A stretch of 63,922 bases of DNA, the filler included, from Octopus bimaculoides (taxonomy: Eukaryota), in the NCBI RefSeq assembly GCF_001194135.2. It is 7 parts of 7 records of this genome, joined end to end, with 100 filler letters (N's around TTAATTAATTAA, not from the genome) between each part and the next. Parts side by side here need not be neighbours in the genome. Positions count along the whole stretch, not along the records: positions 1 to 20,264 come from NC_068988.1; positions 20,365 to 33,046 come from NC_068991.1; 5 more parts are not named here. One strand, given 5' to 3'. The position numbers were made by a program, and so were the translations under genes. This document shows positions 12,944 to 22,490 of this stretch, piece after piece; the stretch's first letter is position 1; the number at the start of each line of letters is the position of its first letter. The notes under the pieces were generated by a model, which worked only from the letters and a program-made list of their open reading frames with translations, was not told where the DNA came from and searched no databases.

Positions 12944-13210
12944 AATGTTTGTTCCCCCACCACCGCTTGACAACGGTGTGGGTTTGTGCACGTCCCTGTG
13001 TATGTGTGTCTTTGTGTCTGTGTTTGTCACCCACCACCACTTGACAACCGATGGTAGTGAGTTTATGTCCCCGTAACTTAGCGGTTCGGCAAAAGAGATC
13101 GATAGAATAAGTACCCGGATTAAAAGAAGTACCGAGGTTGATTCATTCGACTAAAATTCTTCCAGGCGGTGCCCCAGCATGGCCATAATCTAATGACTGA
13201 AACAAATAAA
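12758..13210 (+). mobile_element. SINE family A, full-length architecture (head, (TG)n, 3' module)
   Basis: tRNA-like head with B-box-like ggattcagtctc, CORE-like segment, internal (TG)n, then ccaccaccgcttgacaac...gcggtgccccagcatggcc...ctgaaacaaataaaa. Confidence 0.88.
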
Positions 13211-13719
13211 AATAAAAGATATATAGGTGAAGGTATGACTGTCTGGTTAAGAAGCTCGCTTTGTAACAACGTGGTTTTGGGTTCAGTCCCTCTGTACGAC
13301 ACTTTGGACAAGCGTCTTCTATTATAGCCCAAGCCAATCAATGTCTTGTAAGTAACTTTGGTTGATGGAAACTGCATCAAAGCACATCGTACATACATAT
13401 TCATACATATATATACATACATACATTTAAATATATATGAGCATGTCTAGATATACAACTATATGCATGAGAATACATACATAAAGCAAAACATGCAAAT
13501 CTGCACACATACATACATACATACATACATATATACAAACAAAAATACCCTGCTGTTGATGCTGAAATTCCAATGAAGGAGCCTTGAATCTAGGTTAGAA
13601 ACCGGCTCTTTCTCTATTGGCAAGAAATCTTGAAATAAAACTGAACAATGGTATACATTTACATACATGCATACATAATACATACATATGATCATTTCAG
13701 CATGTTAAACAGTTAATCC

Positions 13720-13895
13720 CTACACATCTTTTCTCTCTCCTTTTGTTCTCTCTCCATTTTTTACCTCTCAATCCTTTCTGTCGAAGAGCGTAAAGTCAAA
13801 ACGTCAAAGACTTTTCCATTCTTCCCGAGCGCCAAACTAATACACCTGCTTGTTGTTCCCTCACTTGTCTTCGTCTTTTGTTTTCTGTAAATTTG
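13720..13895 (+). mobile_element. Penelope-like terminal relic, hammerhead family B, followed by (AAT)n
   Basis: cttt-CTGTCGA-A-gagcgtaaagtc-aAAAC-GTC-aaag at 13774-13809. Stem I (cttt/aaag) and the GUC site are intact. (AAT)n runs 13905-13978. Confidence 0.7.
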
Positions 13896-13904
13896 AACTG
13901 CATA

Positions 13905-13978
<74 letters not shown>

Positions 13979-14739
13979 NNNNNNNNNNNNNNNNNNNNNN
14001 NNNNNNNNNNNNNNNNNNNNNNNNNNNNNNNNNNNNNNNNNNNNNNNNNNNNNNNNNNNNNNNNNNNNNNNNNNNNNNNNNNNNNNNNNNNNNNNNNNNN
14101 NNNNNNNNNNNNNNNNNNNNNNNNNNNNNNNNNNNNNNNNNNNNNNNNNNNNNNNNNNNNNNNNNNNNNNNNNNNNNNNNNNNNNNNNNNNNNNNNNNNN
14201 NNNNNNNNNNNNNNNNNNNNNNNNNNNNNNNNNNNNNNNNNNNNNNNNNNNNNNNNNNNNNNNNNNNNNNNNNNNNNNNNNNNNNNNNNNNNNNNNNNNN
14301 NNNNNNNNNNNNNNNNNNNNNNNNNNNNNNNNNNNNNNNNNNNNNNNNNNNNNNNNNNNNNNNNNNNNNNNNNNNNNNNNNNNNNNNNNNNNNNNNNNNN
14401 NNNNNNNNNNNNNNNNNNNNNNNNNNNNNNNNNNNNNNNNNNNNNNNNNNNNNNNNNNNNNNNNNNNNNNNNNNNNNNNNNNNNNNNNNNNNNNNNNNNN
14501 NNNNNNNNNNNNNNNNNNNNNNNNNNNNNNNNNNNNNNNNNNNNNNNNNNNNNNNNNNNNNNNNNNNNNNNNNNNNNNNNNNNNNNNNNNNNNNNNNNNN
14601 NNNNNNNNNNNNNNNNNNNNNNNNNNNNNNNNNNNNNNNNNNNNNNNNNNNNNNNNNNNNNNNNNNNNNNNNNNNNNNNNNNNNNNNNNNNNNNNNNNNN
14701 NNNNNNNNNNNNNNNNNNNNNNNNNNNNNNNNNNNNNNA

Positions 14740-14974
14740 GTAGGTGCCTTAGGTATAATAAAAAAATATTCAGACAAATACATAACAAAAACACCAGGAC
14801 TTACAAATATATATAACATACAGAAAATTGCACTACTGGGTACTGCACACATTCTACGCAAAACACTTTCAATACAGTAAACATAAGAGCACCACAGCAA
14901 ACCACAGCACATACCCAAGGCGCACAGAGCTGCGCTCGGTAGTGAAGTGAAAGCACGTTATAAAAATAAAACTA

Positions 14975-15028
<54 letters not shown>
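14740..15028 (+). mobile_element. R4/Dong-like RLE LINE 3' end with (AAT)n tail
   Basis: GALGIIKKYSDKYITKTPGLTNIYNIQKIALLGTAHILRKTLSIQ*, then 3' UTR and (AAT)n. Confidence 0.8.
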
Positions 15029-15108
15029 CTGTCTGAGGTCTTTGTTGTGATTTGACAGATGACTAAAGACTCCGGTGCATTTTTACCTACACTGTGTTAC
15101 GAAGGAAT

Positions 15109-15415
15109 AATAAAGAGAACGGAGGCTTGTACATCAACAAAATTTATTTCATAGTTACATACAGCATATTATAATGACCTACACGAGTTTCCGCGGCAGC
15201 GACTACTCATTGTTGCAAATGCAACCTTGCAATATTGTCAGCGCAGCTTCATCAGGGTCCGTCCATTTGGTCATCCTCGAAGTGAACTCGACGATGACCA
15301 AAATTGACGTACAATGAGTAGTCGCTGCAGTGGAAACGCGTGTAGGTCATTATAATATGTTGTGTATAACTATAAAATAAATTTTGTGGATGTACAAGTC
15401 TCCATACACTTTATT
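15109..15415. repeat. ~307-bp fold-back palindrome (105-bp arms) with a nested inner hairpin
   Basis: Arms 15109-15213 and 15311-15415 are near-complementary. Inner stem tttggtcatc/gatgaccaaa at 15266-15302. Confidence 0.9.
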
Positions 15416-15430
15416 CTTCTTCTTCTTCTT

Positions 15431-15523
15431 ATTATTATTATTATTATTCAGGTCACTGCCTGGAACCGAACTCGGAATCTTGGGGTTAGTAGCCCGCGCT
15501 CTTAACCACTACGCCATATGCCC
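15431..15523 (-). mobile_element. Short tRNA-derived SINE head with (AAT)n
   Basis: Minus strand GGGCATA-TGGCGTAGTGG (A box)-TTAAGAGCGCGGG-CTACTAA-CCCCAAGATTCC-GAGTTCGGTTCC (B box)-AGGCAGTGACCTG-(AAT)n. The acceptor stem does not close, so it is not a true tRNA. Confidence 0.8.
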
Positions 15524-15526
15524 GTG

Positions 15527-15810
15527 GCATGCGAACGGTTGAGGTCGTGACTATAATAATTGGTGCATTAAGAACTGTAAGCAAAGATACAGAAAAATGG
15601 CTGAAGGAAATTGAAATAGAATGGCCGGTAGAGCTCCTACAGAAAGTTTGTGTCTTATGAACAACAAAGATTATCAGGAGGGTTCTAAGCACTTGAAAGG
15701 CTGCTGAAAACTTGTGGTTACCTAAGGTTACAGATAGTAACTCACTACCCACACAAATCTTACCAGGAATAAGACTGAATCTGAGCCAAACCAAAATAAT
15801 AATAATAATT
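15527..15810 (+). mobile_element. R4/Dong-like RLE LINE 3' end with (AAT)n tail
   Basis: VEVVTIIIGALRTVSKDTEKWLKEIEIEWPVELLQKVCVL*TTKIIRRVLST*, then 3' UTR and aataataat. Confidence 0.75.
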
Positions 15811-16250
15811 AAAGACAGAGAAAAAAATACTTGTTGACTAAAAATATAACTGTAAAGGAATTTGACAAGCTTAGTAGATATAAGGACCTGAAAATTGAAA
15901 TACAAAAGATGTGGGATCTTAAAGCAAAAACTGTTCCTCTTATTGTAAGTGCCTTTGGTATGATGAAAAAAAGGGATATCAAAAACATCAAGACAACATC
16001 CCAGGAGAACCACGTCTCAAAGAAATCCAGAAGATTTTGCTAACAAGTACTACCCATATCCTAAGAAAAACCCTATCAATTTAAATGTCTGTGTTGTATG
16101 GAGGCATTTCGCCACTGCCCTAGCCACTTTCCTTCCTCAAGCTTTCAGTTATACTGTAACATCTCTTAACTTTCTCTTGTCCCAGGACGCTAGTGTAGCT
16201 TGGCAAATGATTGCAACAAACATGCAGATTAAAAGTGAATAATAATAATT
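15810..16250 (+). mobile_element. R4/Dong-like RLE LINE 3' end (endonuclease C-terminal part)
   Basis: KEFDKLSRYKDLKIEIQKMWDLKAKTVPLIVSAFG...IQKILLTSTTHILRKTLS. Close homologue of 36290-36600. Ends in aataataat. Confidence 0.82.
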
Positions 16251-16254
16251 ATGA

Positions 16255-16406
16255 TTTCAAATTTTAGCACAATTTCGGGAGAGAGGATAAGTCGATTATA
16301 AGTGCTCGACTGATACTTATTTTATCTACTGCGAAAGGATGAGAGGTAAAGTCGACATCGATGGTATTTGAACTCAGAGCGTAAAGACGGACGAAATACT
16401 GTTAAG
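16255..16406 (-). mobile_element. SINE family B fragment abutting mariner
   Basis: Reverse complement of the family B core (gaactcagagcgtaaagacggacgaaatac; gatacttattttatc). Confidence 0.7.
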
Positions 16407-16408
16407 TA

Positions 16409-17185
16409 TCAGGTCATTAAGAATGAAATGTCCGATTTTGAACTGAAAGTTTATTTTACTTTATCTCAACAAAACCAATGCAATTAATCAAAGTATGCAC
16501 CTAAATTATCAACACAATTTTGCCATTTTATCGGTAGCTTATTTACGCCAGCAGCGAAGAATTCTAGAGAGCAAGAGGTGATGAAATTAGGAAAGGAAGT
16601 TTTTGCATCTTCTTCAGATTTGGAAAATGCGATAGTCAGTTGGTGCAAGGTCTGGTGAATATGGTGGGGTACTTCTAGGTTCAGTTCTTGTTACTTGAGT
16701 AGCATTCTTTCTGCAACATCTGGTCGAGCATTGTCTTGCAAGAGAATTGGCCTGTCTCTATTGACCAATCTCGGTTGTTTAATTGCAAGTTCACTCATCA
16801 TTTCATCCAATTGGTTAATGTATACAACCACTGTAAATGACTTACCAGGTCTCATGAAGCTGTAGTGGATGACACCAGAGCTGGACCACCAAACAGACAC
16901 CTTTAGCTTTTTTTTTTTTTTGGTGAATATTCTTTTTTGGATTGTTTTGGCACTTGGTCTTTATCCAACCACCGTACAGTACGCTTGCTATTGTTGAAAA
17001 AATTTCCATTTTTCATCACACGTAACAATACGATGCAAAAAATGGTTCGCTTTTATGCCATGACAGCAAAGAACAAGTTTCAAGACGACGTGTCATTTGA
17101 TGCTCGTTCAGTTCGTGTGGTACCCACTTGTCCAGCTTCTTTACCTTGCCGATTTGTTTCAGATGGTCCAATACAATTGGAATCG
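16409..17185 (-). mobile_element. Second mariner (DD34D) copy, 3' two-thirds
   Basis: KKLDKWVPHEL, VTCDEKW, LLQDNARP, PYSPDLAPTDY and KWQNCVDNLGAYFD*. TIR tcaggtcattaagaatgaaatgtccg is preceded by TA (16407-8). 5' part is in the gap. Confidence 0.9.
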
Positions 17186-18755
17186 NNNNNNNNNNNNNNN
17201 NNNNNNNNNNNNNNNNNNNNNNNNNNNNNNNNNNNNNNNNNNNNNNNNNNNNNNNNNNNNNNNNNNNNNNNNNNNNNNNNNNNNNNNNNNNNNNNNNNNN
17301 NNNNNNNNNNNNNNNNNNNNNNNNNNNNNNNNNNNNNNNNNNNNNNNNNNNNNNNNNNNNNNNNNNNNNNNNNNNNNNNNNNNNNNNNNNNNNNNNNNNN
17401 NNNNNNNNNNNNNNNNNNNNNNNNNNNNNNNNNNNNNNNNNNNNNNNNNNNNNNNNNNNNNNNNNNNNNNNNNNNNNNNNNNNNNNNNNNNNNNNNNNNN
17501 NNNNNNNNNNNNNNNNNNNNNNNNNNNNNNNNNNNNNNNNNNNNNNNNNNNNNNNNNNNNNNNNNNNNNNNNNNNNNNNNNNNNNNNNNNNNNNNNNNNN
17601 NNNNNNNNNNNNNNNNNNNNNNNNNNNNNNNNNNNNNNNNNNNNNNNNNNNNNNNNNNNNNNNNNNNNNNNNNNNNNNNNNNNNNNNNNNNNNNNNNNNN
17701 NNNNNNNNNNNNNNNNNNNNNNNNNNNNNNNNNNNNNNNNNNNNNNNNNNNNNNNNNNNNNNNNNNNNNNNNNNNNNNNNNNNNNNNNNNNNNNNNNNNN
17801 NNNNNNNNNNNNNNNNNNNNNNNNNNNNNNNNNNNNNNNNNNNNNNNNNNNNNNNNNNNNNNNNNNNNNNNNNNNNNNNNNNNNNNNNNNNNNNNNNNNN
17901 NNNNNNNNNNNNNNNNNNNNNNNNNNNNNNNNNNNNNNNNNNNNNNNNNNNNNNNNNNNNNNNNNNNNNNNNNNNNNNNNNNNNNNNNNNNNNNNNNNNN
18001 NNNNNNNNNNNNNNNNNNNNNNNNNNNNNNNNNNNNNNNNNNNNNNNNNNNNNNNNNNNNNNNNNNNNNNNNNNNNNNNNNNNNNNNNNNNNNNNNNNNN
18101 NNNNNNNNNNNNNNNNAACATTTAGAGATGAAATATATATTAAAATGTTAGTTTACAAAGATGGAATAGGATTTTAAAAAGTGTCATTTATTAAAAGATA
18201 AACGAATTCATAAATAAAAGGCGTTTAAAATCTGATTTTTTTTTTTTTTTTTTTAAATTAGATTGAATTCTATTTGTCATACAGCTTCCGCCGTTTAAAA
18301 TGGTAAAACCTTGTAACCTAGATTTAAGAATGAGGGTATTTTGTTGTCATCATCGTCGTTGTAGTTGTTGTTATACTGCTTTCAGTCATTCTAGAGCGAC
18401 CATGCTGGAGCAACGCCTTCGAAGAGTTGGCTTAAACGGGTTTGATCCCATGCTTAGTCGTGCACTCATTTCATCGTTCTCTATTTAACAAATAGTTAGG
18501 TTTACCAGAGCTGCATCTCTTTTTAAAATACAAGGTATCAACGCACACATACATATATATATATATACGTACACACATACATGCATGCATACACACACAC
18601 ACATACATACACATATATACATGCAGGCATTCATACATATATACACGTATACATGCATATACATACGCCATTTTCGGTTATTTTCTATTAGATCATTTTC
18701 GTTTTAATTATGCAAAACACCCTTGGCGAATAATGTTCTCAAATCTTTTTGTATA

Positions 18756-19425
18756 TCATCATCATCATCATCATCGTTTAACGTCCGCTTTCCATGCTAG
18801 CATGGGTTGGACGATTTGACTGAGGACTGGTGAACCAGGTGGCTACACCAGGCTCCAATCTGATTTGGCAGAGTTTCTACAGCTGGATGCCCTTCCTAAC
18901 GCCAACCACTCCGAGAGTGTAGTGGGTGCTTTTACGTGCCACCGGCACGAAGGCCAGTCAGGCGGTACTGGCAACGGCCACGCTCGAAATGGTGTATTTT
19001 ACGTGCCACCTGCACAGGAGCCAGTTCAGCGGCACTGGCAACGATCTCGCTCGAATATCTTTTCACGTGCCACTGGCACAAGTGCNNNNNNNNNNTTTCT
19101 ACAGCTGGATGCCCTTCCTAACGCCAACCACTCCGAGAGTGTAGTGGGTGCTTTTACGTGCCACCGGCACGAAGGCCAGTCAGGCGGTACTGGCAACGGC
19201 CACGCTCGAAATGGTGTATTTTACGTGCCACCTGCACAGGAGCCAGTTCAGCGGCACTGGCAACGATCTCGCTCGAATATCTTTTCACGTGCCACTGGCA
19301 CAAGTGCCAGGAAGGCGACATTGGTAACGATCACGCTCAAATGGTGCTACTTACGTGCCACCGGCACGGAAGCCAGACAGCTGCTCTGGCAACGATCACG
19401 CTCGGACGGTGCTCTTAGTGCTCCA
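18756..19425 (-). mobile_element. RTE LINE 3' UTR fragment with (GAT)n tail and ~65-bp internal tandem array
   Basis: Reverse complement of the 3' UTR at 48080-48437 that follows an RTE RT. Part is duplicated across the 10-N gap. Confidence 0.9.
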
Positions 19426-19431
19426 CTGGTA

Positions 19432-19580
19432 CAGGGTGCGTTCAAAAAGTATCCGACTGTATTTTTCCTGCCAAAACTAATGCCGCATAAGCAAAATCCT
19501 TTGGGTGTCAGGTGACGTCAACCTTCCTGCGCATGCATGAAAATTTTAGCACCGGTAGGCCATGTCAGTTCCCGGAGATC
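19432..19580 (+). mobile_element. Probable left end of a Tc1/mariner-type DNA transposon
   Basis: TA followed by cagggtgcgttcaaaaagtatccgact, a TIR-like start resembling the maT end at 8638. No partner TIR seen. Confidence 0.4.
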
Positions 19581-19634
19581 CGTGTATTATTTCTAATATA
19601 TATTTTAATATATTTATTATACTCTTAATGTATT

Positions 19635-20030
19635 TTATTCTTCAGTGAAACCTAGCTTATTAAAAGAGATTTGGAAGGACATATTGAAATATTTCTAACT
19701 AAATGGTTTAACATATTACGTGAATGGCTTATCAGATGTGGGAATTACTGAGAATTGCTGAGATTTAGAGTGATGTCTAGGAAGTTAATTCTATTAGATA
19801 TGATTCGATTGTAATGAGCAAGTTGCGGTCTTTGAACAATTCATGAAGGTCATTTTTAGACTTAACTATTGAGAATTGAGGTGACATGGGATTGCTGGTC
19901 CATCATCTCTATGAAAGCCACCAAGAATGTAGGGAAATGTTACAGTAAGTGCTTCTTCAATGCATAAAGGTTAAGTATGGCATTTATTTCAGAATAAGTA
20001 GTAACAATGACCTCGAAATTGTGTTCGTTG
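19635..20030 (-). mobile_element. Penelope-like element reverse transcriptase relic
   Basis: FEVIVTTYSEINAILNLYAL (~FDVTMGSYDGAE.CELVGL.L), GGFHRDDG (~GLYRDDG), KNDLHELFKDRNLLITIES and NFLDITLNL occur in order, with frameshifts. Confidence 0.7.
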
Positions 20031-20071
20031 TCAACCTACACACACACACAACACACACACACACGCACATA

Positions 20072-20217
20072 CATAGCGCAGATATGGCTGTATAATTACG
20101 GAGTTCACTTCATAACCTTGCGTTTTGGGGTTCGACCGTACCGTGTGACACCATGCGCGGTGGTTTCAATCCGACAAACGCATTGAAATTACTAACTGGA
20201 AACTTTACGGAAACCCT

Positions 20218-20264
<47 letters not shown>
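20072..20264 (+). mobile_element. SINE family A, 5' half running into (TG)n
   Basis: tatggctgtataattacggagttcacttcataaccttgcgttttggggttcgaccgtaccgtgtgacacc...ggaaactttacggaaaccctacg. Confidence 0.6.
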
Positions 20265-20364
20265 NNNNNNNNNNNNNNNNNNNNNNNNNNNNNNNNNNNN
20301 NNNNNNNNTTAATTAATTAANNNNNNNNNNNNNNNNNNNNNNNNNNNNNNNNNNNNNNNNNNNN
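20265..20364. other. Artificial 100-nt scaffold spacer (N44-TTAATTAATTAA-N44)
   Basis: The same structure recurs at 33047-33146, 42247-42346, 55986-56085, 60460-60559 and 62732-62831. The 12-mer gives stops in all six frames. Confidence 0.97.
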
Positions 20365-20449
20365 GCGTTTTGTGTGGGGTAAGGTTCGTAGTAACACTGA
20401 CTGCCAGCGGGGTGGTGGATGCCCCCCCCCCAATCGTTTCTTGCATTTG

Positions 20450-20480
<31 letters not shown>

Positions 20481-21349
20481 CCATGTACCCTAACCCCAAC
20501 CCTTACTCTATGCTACAGAACAGTCCGACATTGTTATTCTGGATCCTTTATACACCCCTCCCCCACCTCCACCGCTGTCACCGCCAGCCTCTCACCACAC
20601 CCCAGTCTTTTAAAATATATTTTTTCAATTTCTTTAAATATCAGCTTTAAATCCCCCCCAACCCACACCCATCTCATACTTTCATTATTTCAAAGTCTTC
20701 TGGGAATTTTGCAGTTTTCTATTGATATCTATCTATNNNNNNNNNNNNNNNNNNNNNNNNNNNNNNNNNNNNNNNNNNNNNNNNNNNNNNNNNNNNNNNN
20801 NNNNNNNNNNNNNNNNNNNNNNNNNNNNNNNNNNNNNNNNNNNNNNNNNNNNNNNNNNNNNNNNNNNNNNNNNNNNNNNNNNNNNNNNNNNNNNNNNNNN
20901 NNNNNNNNNNNNNNNNNNNNNNNNNNNNNNNNNNNNNNNNNNNNNNNNNNNNNNNNNNNNNNNNNNNNNNNNNNNNNNNNNNNNNNNNNNNNNNNNNNNN
21001 NNNNNNNNNNNNNNNNNNNNNNNNNNNNNNNNNNNNNNNNNNNNNNNNNNNNNNNNNNNNNNNNNNNNNNNNNNNNNNNNNNNNNNNNNNNNNNNNNNNN
21101 NNNNNNNNNNNNNNNNNNNNNNNNNNNNNNNNNNNNNNNNNNNNNNNNNNNNNNNNNNNNNNNNNNNNNNNNNNNNNNNNNNNNNNNNNNNNNNNNNNNN
21201 NNNNNNNNNNNNNNNNNNNNNNNNNNNNNNNNNNNNNNNNNNNNNNNNNNNNNNNNNNNNNNNNNNNNNNNNNNNNNNNNNNNNNAGAGGAAGAGAGTGA
21301 GAGAGAGAGGGGGAGAGACAGCTGATATACATTTATAAATTCTTTTTAC

Positions 21350-21540
21350 TTCTTTCAGTCATTTTGACTGTGGCCATGCTGGAGCACCGCCTTTAGTCGA
21401 ACAAATCGACCCCAGGACATTCTTTGTAAGCGGAGTACTTATTCCATCGGTCTCTTTTGCCGAACCGCTAATTTACGAGGACGTAAACACACAACCATTC
21501 ATTGGTTGTCAAGCGTCGGTGGGGGACAAACACACAAACA
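21350..21540 (-). mobile_element. SINE family A, 3' half
   Basis: tttcagtcattttgactgtggccatgctggagcaccgcctttagtcgaacaaatcgaccccagg...gtcggtgggggacaaac. Confidence 0.85.
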
Positions 21541-21611
21541 AATACACACATACACAAATACATACATACACACACACAATCATATTCGAAATGAGGAGTA
21601 GATAGACAGCC

Positions 21612-21724
21612 GATAACTTGTCCTGTTTTTCATTTTTTTCTTGTTGTTTATGTATTTCCCTTGTTTTTCCTTTGTTTGGTTACGTATTTCATGTTACGTG
21701 CACCGTTGGTAACGTCCTGTACCC
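21612..21724 (+). mobile_element. Terminus of a (TA)n-associated element (ends ACGTCCTGTACCC)
   Basis: Shares aacttgtcctgtt, ttacgtatttcatgtta and acgtcctgtaccc with 37650-37732. Followed by (TA)n. Confidence 0.6.
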
Positions 21725-21738
21725 ATATATGCATATGC

Positions 21739-21792
<54 letters not shown>

Positions 21793-22276
21793 ATTTCGTA
21801 ATGAGATAAAGAACCAACGCTATATATATATATATATATCTTAATGCTTAAAGTACTTCAGCGACTGAAGATTTCATGAAGCCCTTTCTGAGTCGAAGCA
21901 TCATCGACATTTAAAGGTTAAAGACGAGACGAAAAATCGAGCACTTATTCGGTACAAGAACGGTCCCTTTCCCCTCGAGTCACAATGAATCATTATTAAT
22001 CGTTGATGGTGGTCGTGGGGAGGGGGGAGGACTGTCGAAAATTATGAGGCAAAAGTATTAATGAAACTCATCAGCTGTGGTACAGAATTGGAATAGATTT
22101 AGCCAGTGTTTGGAGCAGTGTCGTTGCCTCAACGTTTTCCTTTTAGTTGTGCGCTGTTACGTCACGCGTCTTCCGAGGGAGTTTTGGCCCGCTGGAAATG
22201 TTTCTCACATCAGGTTCCTGGACCGGCTGATGAATGAGAAACGAAGCAAATGATCACATTATATAATGTTATCGAA

Positions 22277-22490
22277 GTCGGCGAGCTGGCAGAAACGCTG
22301 TTAGCACGCCGGGCGAAATGCTTTGTGGTATTTCGTCTGTCTTTACGTTCTGAGTTCAAATTCTGCCAAGGTCGACTTCGTCTTTCATACTTTCGGGGCC
22401 GATAAATTAACTACTTGCGTACTGGGCTCGACCTAATCGACTGGCCCCCTCCCCCAAAATTTCGGGCCTTGTGCCGAGAGTAGAAAAGAT
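22277..22490 (+). mobile_element. SINE family B (tRNA-derived), full length, CpG-intact
   Basis: ggcgagctggcagaaacg...ttagcacgccgggcgaaatgc...gagttcaaattc (B box)...tttcggggccgataaattaa...gggccttgtgccgagagtagaaaagatta. Confidence 0.88.

Noticed and set aside
15449-15523. Possible tRNA-Ser(ACT) gene
   Set aside because: The acceptor and anticodon stems do not close and it runs into (AAT)n, so it is called a SINE head.
18876-19305. Apparent ~210-bp exact tandem duplication
   Set aside because: Identical copies flank a 10-N gap, so this is most likely an unmerged contig overlap.
19147-19425. Repeat-spacer look resembling a CRISPR array
   Set aside because: Eukaryotic LINE 3' UTR context, the spacers are homologous to one another, and there are no cas genes.
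21876-21910. ctgaaga...gtcgaagcatc hammerhead-like string
   Set aside because: Stems I and II cannot be paired in register and GAAAC is doubly mutated.
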